A stretch of 64,000 nt of DNA, from positions 213,351-277,350 of the forward strand of contig JBBDYJ010000035.1 in assembly GCA_040901675.1 (NCBI GenBank), read 5' to 3'. Positions 21,566-29,672 of this stretch are shown here, one piece after another. This DNA is from Pirellulales bacterium (lineage in GTDB: Bacteria > Planctomycetota > Planctomycetia > Pirellulales > JAICIG01). The translations under genes were made by a program, and so were the position numbers. Below the pieces are notes generated by a model, which was given only the letters and a program-made list of their open reading frames with translations, made no database searches and was not told the origin of the DNA. Position 1 is the stretch's first letter. Each line of letters opens with the position of its first letter.

Positions 21566-22606
21566 ATGATGCGCAAGCCAAGTTCTTTAAGGTGGGCCTC
21601 GATCGTGGCGCTATTGGCCGTGGGGGTGTGTTCATGGCTGGCGGGCGCCATGGCGGCCGAGCCGGCCGAGACGTCGGTGGTGTACGTCGGCAAAGGGCCG
21701 GGCAGCGGAAAGCAGATTGTTCTCATCAGCGGAGACGAAGAGTACCGTTCCGAGGAGGCCTTGCCGCAGCTCGGCAAGATTCTGGCCAACCATCACGGCT
21801 TCCGCTGCACGGTGCTATTTGCCATCGACCGCGAAGACGGCACCATCAATCCAAACCAGAACGACAACATCCCCGGCCTGGAGGCGCTCGAATCGGCCGA
21901 CCTGATGGTGATCTTCACTCGCTTCCGCCGCCTGCCGGACGAACAGATGAAGCACATCGTCGAGTACGTCGAGTCGGGCCGCCCGATCATCGGCATGCGG
22001 ACCTCGACGCACGCCTTCGACCTGGAGACGGGCGAGTACGCCAGGTACGGTTGGCGCAGCACCGAGTGGGATGGCGGATTCGGCCGCCAGGTGCTGGGAG
22101 AGACCTGGATCAGCCATCATGGCAAGCACGGCAGCCAGAGCACTCGCGGCCTGGTTGCCGACGGCGCGGGAGACCATCCGATCTTGCGGGGCATCGGCGA
22201 CGGCGACATCTGGGGCCCGACCGACGTCTATGGCGTCCGGCTGCCTTTGCCCGGCGACAGTCAGCCCCTGGTGATGGGCCAGGTTGTCGAAGGCATGAAG
22301 CCGACCGATGAGCCGGCCGCGGGCGCCCAGAACGAGCCGATGATGCCGATCGCCTGGGTGAAGACGTACACCGGCTCGCGGGGCAAGACGGGCCGGGTCT
22401 TCACGACCACGATGGGCGCCAGCCAGGATCTTGCCAGCGAAGGGCTGCGTCGTCTGCTGGTGAACGCCTGCTACTGGTGCCTGGGGATGGAGGAGCAGAT
22501 TCCGGCCAAGTCGAAGGTCACGTTGGTGGGCGACTACGCTCCGCTTCCCTTTGCGACCGGCAAGTTCAAGCCCGGCGTGAAGCCTGCCGACCACGCCGCC
22601 CAGTAG
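21566..22606 (+). CDS. Secreted ThuA-like domain protein
   Basis: Signal peptide; SGDEEYRSEE, GMRTSTHAF, RVFTTTMG. Confidence 0.85.
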   Translation: MMRKPSSLRWASIVALLAVGVCSWLAGAMAAEPAETSVVYVGKGPGSGKQIVLISGDEEYRSEEALPQLGKILANHHGFRCTVLFAIDREDGTINPNQNDNIPGLEALESADLMVIFTRFRRLPDEQMKHIVEYVESGRPIIGMRTSTHAFDLETGEYARYGWRSTEWDGGFGRQVLGETWISHHGKHGSQSTRGLVADGAGDHPILRGIGDGDIWGPTDVYGVRLPLPGDSQPLVMGQVVEGMKPTDEPAAGAQNEPMMPIAWVKTYTGSRGKTGRVFTTTMGASQDLASEGLRRLLVNACYWCLGMEEQIPAKSKVTLVGDYAPLPFATGKFKPGVKPADHAAQ

Positions 22607-22943
22607 GGAGAAGTAACTTGGTAGCCGCGTTTCGCGGAACGTGTCCGTCGCGTAGCCTCGTCCGTCAGAACGCGGAACCCGCCAGAACGATCTCTGAGGA
22701 ACACCTGTCGCATTTCAATATTGCTGCAAACGGTGCAGGAAGGCAAAAAATATGAGGTCTTCGAAAAGGACCGGACCCTACGGCAGATGACGCGAAAGCT
22801 GCATTGCGAGGACGGCAAGGAGCCGGATAAGCATTTCTTAAGGTTTACTGCGGTTAACGGGAAGACGAAGCTGACTCAAGTAGGTGAGGCGCCGATCCCC
22901 GCTGAAGACTCATAGAGGGGCGAGCCCGAGCGAAACTAGAGAA

Positions 22944-23040
22944 AAGAAAGGGGACATTCTACTTTTAAGGCCACGAAAGTTGCTGAGACAAAGGGGACAT
23001 TCAACTTTCTAAGACAGCAAAGTAGAATGTCCCCTTTCTT
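22944..23040. repeat. Perfect 22-bp inverted repeat AAGAAAGGGGACATTCTACTTT with an internal third copy
   Basis: 22944-22965 pairs with 23019-23040; variant copy at 22990-23008. Confidence 0.9.
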
Positions 23041-23102
23041 CGTGGCAGCCTCCAGCCTAGGCGACAAGGGGGACACGGGGGACGCGGGGGAAGGGACGAA
23101 TG

Positions 23103-23136
23103 CTGGGGCACGCTTATCGCTTTGCCCCAGGCACCC
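23103..23136. repeat. REP-like hairpin CTGGGGCA...TGCCCCAGGCACCC
   Basis: Near-identical copies at 44689-44721 and 44757-44813. Confidence 0.8.
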
Positions 23137-23220
23137 GCGGGCAACCCCATGGCCGGTCGGCGAACTTTCGCCCGGCGGCGGTTGTCCTGAATGGCAACTG
23201 CTCTAAACTGGGTGACGCGC

Positions 23221-24060
23221 ATGATCAATAACTCGCCCGTCAAGACGCTGGTCCATAAGGACCTGACCATCGAGGGATACTCCAGAGCGGCGGTGCAGAC
23301 CTACTGGCGGATTCCCGAGCTGAAGCTGGGGTTCGACTTCGGCGCCCAGCCCTGGTCGTTCATGGGCACGCCCACCTGGTTCGTCTCGCACACCCACCTG
23401 GACCACGTGGCCGCGCTGCCGGTCTACGTCGCCCGGCGGCGGATGATGAAAATGGAGCCGCCCACCATCTATCTGCCCGAAGCGGCCGTCGAACCCGTCC
23501 AGCGGATTCTCAAGCTGTTCACCCGGCTCGACCGCGGCCGGCTGCCGTGCCAGCTCGTCGCCACGCGGCCCGGAGACGAAATCGAGATCTCGCGCGAACA
23601 CGTGGTCACCGTGTCGGCCACGCGGCACACGGTCCCCTCGCTGGGGTTCGTCGTCTGGGAGCGGCGGCGCAAGCTGAAGGCCGAGTATCAGCAGCTCAGC
23701 GGCGAGCAGATCCGCGATTTACGTCTGGGCGGCACCGAGGTGACCGAGGAGCGCCGCTTGCCGCGGCTGGCGTACCTGGGCGATAGCGCCCCGGATGGGC
23801 TCGACAGTTGCCCCGCCATGTTCGAAGCCCAGGTCCTGATCACCGAGCTGACCTTCGTGGCGCCCGGACACCGCAAGGAAAAAATCCACAAGTTCGGCCA
23901 CATGCACCTGGACGACCTGCTGGCCCGGCGCGAACGGTTCAAGAACGAGCTGATCGTGGCGGCCCACTTCAGCACCCGTTATCACGTACAGCAGATCCGG
24001 CACATCGTCGGCCAGGCCGTTCCCGACATGCTCGACGGGCGGTTGCACCTCTGGCTGTGA
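23221..24060 (+). CDS. MBL-fold hydrolase, short RNase Z-like
   Basis: SHTHLDH, YLGD, HFSTRY. Confidence 0.85.
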   Translation: MINNSPVKTLVHKDLTIEGYSRAAVQTYWRIPELKLGFDFGAQPWSFMGTPTWFVSHTHLDHVAALPVYVARRRMMKMEPPTIYLPEAAVEPVQRILKLFTRLDRGRLPCQLVATRPGDEIEISREHVVTVSATRHTVPSLGFVVWERRRKLKAEYQQLSGEQIRDLRLGGTEVTEERRLPRLAYLGDSAPDGLDSCPAMFEAQVLITELTFVAPGHRKEKIHKFGHMHLDDLLARRERFKNELIVAAHFSTRYHVQQIRHIVGQAVPDMLDGRLHLWL

Positions 24061-25265
24061 TGCGCGGCGTTCAGCCTCCGGCAGCGCGGCCTGTTAGAAT
24101 AGAACTTGTGCAACGCGAGATTACGCATTTTGCTGGTTCGACTGCCAGGGCGGCCTACGTCCACGTGCCTTTCTGCCGGCACCGCTGCGGCTACTGCAAC
24201 TTCACCGTGGTCGCCGGCCGCGACGACTTGGTCGACCGCTACCTGGAGGCACTGGCCCGGGAGCTCTCCTGGCTCGAGCGGCCGCGGCCGGTCGACACGC
24301 TGTTCATCGGAGGCGGCACGCCCACGCACCTGGCGGCGGCGCAGCTCGAACGGTTGCTGGCGACGGTGCTGGAATGGTTTCCGCTCGATCCGGGCGCCGA
24401 GTTCAGTATTGAAGGCAATCCGGCCGACGTGGACGACGAGCGCGTGAGGATCCTGGCCCGGCACGGCGTGACCCGGATCAGCCTGGGCGGACAGTCGTTC
24501 GATGCAAGAAAGCTTGCCATCCTGGAGCGAGATCACCGGCCGGCCGGCGTGGCAAGGGCGGTGGAGCTGGCGCGGGAGCGGATCGGCTCGGTTTCGCTCG
24601 ATCTGATCTTTGCGGCTCCCGGAGAAACCCTCGACGTCTGGCGAGCCGACCTGGCGGCCGCTTTGAAGCTGCGGCCCGATCACCTATCCAGCTACGGGCT
24701 GACCTACGAGCGCGGCACTGCATATTGGAGCCGGCGCGCCCGCGGGCAGTTGAGCCCGGTCGACGAGGAGACGGAACTGGCCATGTACGCCGAGGCGATC
24801 GATACGCTGTCGTCCGCCGGTTTCGAACATTACGAGGTTTCGAACTTCGCCCGTGCGGGCCATCGCTGCCGGCACAACGAGGTGTATTGGAACGCGGACG
24901 AGTATCATGCAGCCGGGCCGGGGGCGGCCCGCTACATCGGCGGACGCCGCGAAACCAACCACAAGAGCACCACCACCTGGCTCAAGCGGGTGCTGGCCGG
25001 GCAATCCCCCGTGGCCGAGTGCGAAACGCTGTCGGCCGAGGACAAGGCCCGCGAAGCCCTGGTCCTGGGGCTGCGCCGGCTGGAAGGCGTCGACCGCGTT
25101 GCCTTCGCGCGCCGCTGGCACCGCGACCTGGACGATCTGGTGGGACAGAGCCTCGAGCGGCTGGTCGGCTTGGGCCTGATCGACGATTCCCGGGGACGCG
25201 TGCGTCTCACCCGGAAGGGACTGTTCGTCAGCGACTCGATCTGGCCGGAGTTTCTGACTTGCTGA
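24060..25265 (+). CDS. hemW: Radical SAM heme chaperone HemW
   Basis: YVHVPFCRHRCGYCNF, GGGTPT, YEVSNFA, HNEVYW; start 24060 or GTG at 24108. Confidence 0.9.
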   Translation: MRGVQPPAARPVRIELVQREITHFAGSTARAAYVHVPFCRHRCGYCNFTVVAGRDDLVDRYLEALARELSWLERPRPVDTLFIGGGTPTHLAAAQLERLLATVLEWFPLDPGAEFSIEGNPADVDDERVRILARHGVTRISLGGQSFDARKLAILERDHRPAGVARAVELARERIGSVSLDLIFAAPGETLDVWRADLAAALKLRPDHLSSYGLTYERGTAYWSRRARGQLSPVDEETELAMYAEAIDTLSSAGFEHYEVSNFARAGHRCRHNEVYWNADEYHAAGPGAARYIGGRRETNHKSTTTWLKRVLAGQSPVAECETLSAEDKAREALVLGLRRLEGVDRVAFARRWHRDLDDLVGQSLERLVGLGLIDDSRGRVRLTRKGLFVSDSIWPEFLTC

Positions 25266-26060
25266 GGGGCCTGGGTCAGTGAACTGCCAGGCCAATACCA
25301 GGATCCCCACGCCGATGCACCACCAGGCGAACAGGTAGAGCCGGCCCTGGTACAGCCAGCGCAGCAGCCAGTGGATTGCCAGCAGGCCAACGGCAAACGA
25401 GACAAAAGCGCCGGCCAGTAGGGGCCCGGCCGACACGGACGTCGGCGCGTCGCCCGCCAGGTCGATGGCCGCCAGCACGCCGGCGCCCGTCAGCGCCGGC
25501 ACGGCCAGCAGGAACGAGAAGGTAGCCGCCGCTTCGCGCGACAACCCCACGGCCAGGCCGGCTGCGATCGTGGTGCCGCTGCGCGAGATGCCGGGCAGCG
25601 GGGCCAACGCCTGGCATAGCCCGATCAGCAGAGCCTGACGGTAGCCCAATTCGGTGTAGGCGGTGTCGCCGGGTGGGTATTTGGCAATCCATAGCAGCAT
25701 CAGGCCGTTGAGCGGCAGCATGCACCCGGTTAGCCACGCGTTGACCAGCAGGGGGCCGAAATACTCCTTGAGCAGCAGGCCGACGACGGCCGCCGGCAGC
25801 GTGCCCACGGCGATCAGACCCAAGACGCGGCGGTCCTGTCCGAGCAGTTGGAGAATCCGCCGCCAATAAACCACCAGGATCGTCAGCAGGGTGCCGAGGT
25901 GCAGGATGATCGTAACCAACAGCTCCGGCTCGCCCAGCTCGCGCGAAGTGAAGACGCCGAACAGCTTGCTCGCCACGACCAGGTGACCGTCGGAACTGAT
26001 CGGCAGGAACTCGCTGATGCCCTGCACGATGCCCAGGATGATGATTCGCAGATAATCCAT
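24684..26060 (-). CDS. uppP: Undecaprenyl-diphosphate phosphatase (BacA/UppP); the frame lacks a stop at the expected end (~25280)
   Basis: QGISEFLPISSDGH, HLGT, PGISRSGTT, FSFLL; family similarity appears limited to ~25285-26060. Confidence 0.88.
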   Translation of the reverse strand: MDYLRIIILGIVQGISEFLPISSDGHLVVASKLFGVFTSRELGEPELLVTIILHLGTLLTILVVYWRRILQLLGQDRRVLGLIAVGTLPAAVVGLLLKEYFGPLLVNAWLTGCMLPLNGLMLLWIAKYPPGDTAYTELGYRQALLIGLCQALAPLPGISRSGTTIAAGLAVGLSREAAATFSFLLAVPALTGAGVLAAIDLAGDAPTSVSAGPLLAGAFVSFAVGLLAIHWLLRWLYQGRLYLFAWWCIGVGILVLAWQFTDPGPSASQKLRPDRVADEQSLPGETHASPGIVDQAQADQPLEALSHQIVQVAVPAAREGNAVDAFQPAQPQDQGFAGLVLGRQRFALGHGGLPGQHPLEPGGGALVVGFAASADVAGRPRPGCMILVRVPIHLVVPAAMARTGEVRNLVMFETGGRQRIDRLGVHGQFRLLVDRAQLPAGAPAPICSAALVGQPVAG

Positions 26061-26195
26061 GGCAAGCAGCCAAGTATAGCCTGTCGCGGCCGCTGGAGTC
26101 TTGATTTCGCGGGGCAATGAGCACCGCACGGCGGCCACAAGGCCTTGTTCGTCGGGCCTCTTTGCCGGCTTGGGGAGATTTGCCATAATGGGTTC

Positions 26196-27092
26196 ATGTT
26201 CAAGAATCTGAGTCCGAAGGCGCTCGGCGTTTCGGCCAGTCAAGGCGAATTGATCGAATTGGCGCTTTCGTTCGGGTTTCGAGGCATCGATCTGGACCTG
26301 GTCCAGTTTGCCGAGCAGGTGCGAGACCAGGGGTTGCCCAAGGCGCGCCGGCTGTTGGACAGCGCCAAGCTGCGGATCGGCACGTTCGCCCTGCCCTTCG
26401 AGCTGGACGCCGACGACGAGGCCTGGAAACAGGGTCTCGACAAGTTGCCCGAGCTCGCCTCCCTGGCGCACGAGCTCGGCGCCAAACGCTGCCAGACCAC
26501 GATCGCGCCGGCCAGCGACACGCGGCCGTACCATCAGAACTTCGAGTTCCACCGCCAGCGGCTGACCGAAGTCGCCGGCAAGCTCGAGCCGGCGGGCGTA
26601 CACCTGGCGGTCGGCTTCGAGGCCTGGGCCCACGAGCGCGAGGGCAAGGCGTTCGAGTTCATCCACGACTTGGATGCGCTGTTGGTGCTGTTGGGCACGG
26701 TGACGGCCCGAAACGTCGGGCTGGCCATCGACCTCTGGCAGGTCTGGGCCGCGAGCAGTTCGCTGGAAGCCGTCCGCGGCAGGCTCAAGCCTGGTCAAAT
26801 CGTGACCGTGGCGGTGGCCGACGTCGAGCCGGGCGACTGTGCCGCCCCGGACGAGTGCCCGCCGACGTCGCGGCGATTGCCCGGAGAGACCGGCATCATC
26901 CAGGTGACCGAGGCCTTGGCGATGCTGTCGTCGCTGGGCTACGACGGTCCCGTGACGCCGTGCCCCGACAGCAGCCGCTTTGCCGGGATGCGACGCGACC
27001 AGATCGTCAAGCTATGCGGCCAGAAGCTGGACGAGGTCTGGAAGGCGGCCGGGCTCAAGTCCGCCGGCGCGGGAATTGGCGCCCGGCGCTGA
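26196..27092 (+). CDS. Sugar phosphate isomerase/epimerase (AP endonuclease 2 TIM barrel)
   Basis: GFRGIDL, VGFE, GLAIDLW, RRLPGETG, GYDGPV. Confidence 0.8.
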   Translation: MFKNLSPKALGVSASQGELIELALSFGFRGIDLDLVQFAEQVRDQGLPKARRLLDSAKLRIGTFALPFELDADDEAWKQGLDKLPELASLAHELGAKRCQTTIAPASDTRPYHQNFEFHRQRLTEVAGKLEPAGVHLAVGFEAWAHEREGKAFEFIHDLDALLVLLGTVTARNVGLAIDLWQVWAASSSLEAVRGRLKPGQIVTVAVADVEPGDCAAPDECPPTSRRLPGETGIIQVTEALAMLSSLGYDGPVTPCPDSSRFAGMRRDQIVKLCGQKLDEVWKAAGLKSAGAGIGARR

Positions 27093-27307
27093 TCCGACGG
27101 CCGTGCGCGCCGAATCGGCCGGGCATTCTGGCCAATTCTTTAATACCGTCTGTGCGGCCTTTCATGCCCGCGGCGGGCCGATTGAATCTCTGCAGCCCCG
27201 TTTCGCTTAGCGCCCCATTGGCCGCCGGTCGATCGCATATACAGATGCTCCGCTGCCGGGGAGGCAGCGCGGCACGGCGGGCACCCTTGCCTGGTGGTCA
27301 CGGACGA

Positions 27308-28327
27308 ATGACACTTCGCCGCTGTTGGCCTGCGCTGGTGGCTGTGTCGCTGGCTGGCACGGCCGGCTGGGGCCATGGGCAGCACCCCATGGCCGGCACG
27401 TCGACCGTGGCGGCCCGGCGGACAGGGCAAGCGGCCTCCCTTTTGCCGTGCCGACCCCCTTGCCTGGTTCGGATCGAGCGAGCAGCCCACGTCGTCACGG
27501 CCGGCTATCCCTCGGACCAGGCACCGCCGGAGATCGATTCGGCTACGGCCCTGTCGGTTGAAATCAGCCGGGCCAATGGGCCGCCGCGTACTTTGATCCG
27601 CGACGTGCGCGTCGTGCCGCGGCCGATTCCCCACGATGGCCCCGTCAAGCGGCTGCCGTCTCCCGCCGACGCGTGGTCGTCCATGCTGGTCCTCAGTGTG
27701 CCTCCTCATGGCCACCCGATGGGGACTGCGTCGCGGCAAGCCGAGGAGCACGTTCGTCGGGGCGACGAGCTTGCGGATCGCGGAGCGCTGTTCTCCGCGC
27801 GGGCGGCGTTCGTTAGCGCGCTCGACGTGCTGAGCCAAGGGTTGGATGCCGAGTCGGCCGGCGTACACTACAGCCGGGCCTTGGCCGCCGGCCTCTTGGC
27901 CCTGGAAGAGGCGGAACACTTTGTGCCTTCCGGCGGGGACGCAGCCGGGATCGACCTGGCTGTCTCGATCAGCGCTCACCGCACGCCGGTGCTCAAGGGC
28001 CTGCCCCGCGCCGACCTCACGGCGGAGACGGCCCGCGAGGCTTACTTCACGTTTGCCCGGGAGCAACTGGGGGTGGCGGCCGGAACGGAGCCGGCCGGCT
28101 CGATGGCTCTGTACGGGCTGGGCAAGGTCTACACGGCGCTAGCCGGTCACGAGCCGCCCGTTCAATCCGCCGATTCCAAGGCGATGGTCTTTCACCAGGC
28201 CGCCCTGGCCACCGATCCCGGCAACGCGCTGGCGGCCAACGAGCTAGCCGTGCTGCTGGTTCGCCGCGGGCGATACGAAGCCGCCCGCGAGCTGCTCGAG
28301 CGGAGCGTGCCGATCTCGACGCGCTAG
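27308..28327 (+). CDS. Exported TPR-like hypothetical protein, possibly C-terminally truncated
   Basis: Signal peptide; ALYGLGK...AANELAVLLVRRGRYEAARELL. Confidence 0.6.
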   Translation: MTLRRCWPALVAVSLAGTAGWGHGQHPMAGTSTVAARRTGQAASLLPCRPPCLVRIERAAHVVTAGYPSDQAPPEIDSATALSVEISRANGPPRTLIRDVRVVPRPIPHDGPVKRLPSPADAWSSMLVLSVPPHGHPMGTASRQAEEHVRRGDELADRGALFSARAAFVSALDVLSQGLDAESAGVHYSRALAAGLLALEEAEHFVPSGGDAAGIDLAVSISAHRTPVLKGLPRADLTAETAREAYFTFAREQLGVAAGTEPAGSMALYGLGKVYTALAGHEPPVQSADSKAMVFHQAALATDPGNALAANELAVLLVRRGRYEAARELLERSVPISTR

Positions 28328-28344
28328 AGCGGGGTTCACGCAGA

Positions 28345-28397
28345 GTAGCCGTCACGCTCCGCGTGACGAGCTACCTCACGCGGAGCGTGAGGGCTAC
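28345..28397. repeat. GTAG-family REP doublet (GTAGCCGTCACGCTCCGCGTGA and its inverse)
   Basis: Inverted pair between convergent genes. Confidence 0.85.
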
Positions 28398-28435
28398 TAT
28401 AACGGCGGCGAGCTCGAGGTCTCGGGGAAGCATGG

Positions 28436-28999
28436 CTACCGGAGCACTGCTTCTCGGTCCCGACAGGTCGGGACCTCCAAGCAGTGGCACTCGTCCGCTT
28501 GCTTGGCGAACGCATACGTGCCGAAGAGCACGCCGGTCCAGACGGCGTTGCCGTAAAGCGTGTACTTGAAGAAGGGTAGGCCGGCCAGGTAGCAAGCCGC
28601 CAGGCCGCCGGCCGTGTGGGGATACATGCTGCCGAACATCCAGACGGCCCCGTTGGTTGCCAGAAAGAACGCCAGCGAACAGAGCACCGAACAGCCCGCG
28701 GCCCGCAGAATCAGCCGGCGTCCGGCCAACAGCGGGCGCAAGTATACGCCCAGCGCCAGCGCGGCATACACCACGATCATCGTGCGCACGTCGTACGGCC
28801 CGATGATCGCGTCGCTGAGCAGCAGGGCGACCAGCGGCACGGCCAACGCCACCGCCCGGCGGCGATACCAATAACCGGCGAACAGCGCCACGGCGGCCAC
28901 CGGAGTAAAGTTGGGCCAATGGGGCAGTAACCGGCCGGCCACGCACAGCCCCACCAACAGCGAGAACATCGCCACCGCGCTTTGCCACTGCTTGCTCAT
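28436..28999 (-). CDS. DUF6580-type membrane protein (ECF S-component-like transporter)
   Basis: RLLPHWPNFTPVAAVALFAG, FFLATNGAVW...YPHTAGGLAACYLAGLPFF. Confidence 0.8.
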   Translation of the reverse strand: MSKQWQSAVAMFSLLVGLCVAGRLLPHWPNFTPVAAVALFAGYWYRRRAVALAVPLVALLLSDAIIGPYDVRTMIVVYAALALGVYLRPLLAGRRLILRAAGCSVLCSLAFFLATNGAVWMFGSMYPHTAGGLAACYLAGLPFFKYTLYGNAVWTGVLFGTYAFAKQADECHCLEVPTCRDREAVLR

Positions 29000-29016
29000 C
29001 GTTTTCTTACCTCGTG

Positions 29017-29472
29017 CTACTGCCGGTCGTTATACTCGATGAACTCCCAGCGGACTACGTCCGACGCCGCCGGCTGGTACACGCCGAAGCTGCGGTCCGC
29101 CCGCTTGCCGTTGACCGAGTACATCCAGTTCTTCTTGCCGGCCCCCTGGTTCTTCAGGTCGTCGATCTGGGTGGCAAAGGCCGTTTCGCCCCGGCCGGTG
29201 TACTTCAACGCGATTCCATGCGGGCTCTCACTGGCCGCCTGCATGGCATCCAGCACCGTCATGCCGTCGCTCCAGGCGAGACGGGTAAAGTGCTTTTCCA
29301 CGCCGTCGCCATAATCGATCACGACCCGTACCGTCTTGACTTTCGGCCTGGGCGCCGCTGGAGCGTCGCCGGCAGGTTTTTGTAGCGCCCTGCCCGAAGC
29401 CGCCGCGGCCAGCAGGCAGCAGACAAACGTCCCCAGCAGCAGTGCTCGCGGGCGGCCTGGTCCGGCATTCAT
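29017..29472 (-). CDS. Secreted DUF4430 / transcobalamin C-terminal-like domain protein
   Basis: Signal peptide; GMTVLDAM...FATQIDDLKN...NWMYSVNG...DVVRWEF. Confidence 0.8.
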   Translation of the reverse strand: MNAGPGRPRALLLGTFVCCLLAAAASGRALQKPAGDAPAAPRPKVKTVRVVIDYGDGVEKHFTRLAWSDGMTVLDAMQAASESPHGIALKYTGRGETAFATQIDDLKNQGAGKKNWMYSVNGKRADRSFGVYQPAASDVVRWEFIEYNDRQ

Positions 29473-29672
29473 GCAACTCTTTCTCCCGATCCCGCCTGCC
29501 CGCTCCCAAAAACCAGCGACATTGTACAATTGATTAGGCCGCATTGACAGCCGCACTCGGCGAGTCGGCCCTGTCGCCGGGTGGCCGGATGGTATACGAT
29601 TCTGCGCTGGGCCGGTGCCGCTGGCGCCGGCAAGGCGTGAAATGGCACATTTCAGTAGCCGGAAGGATTCGA

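Noticed and set aside
29473..29672. Cobalamin riboswitch upstream of the DUF4430 gene
   Set aside because: No GGGAA/GCCACTG/B12-box elements recognisable; a covariance search would be needed to exclude it fully
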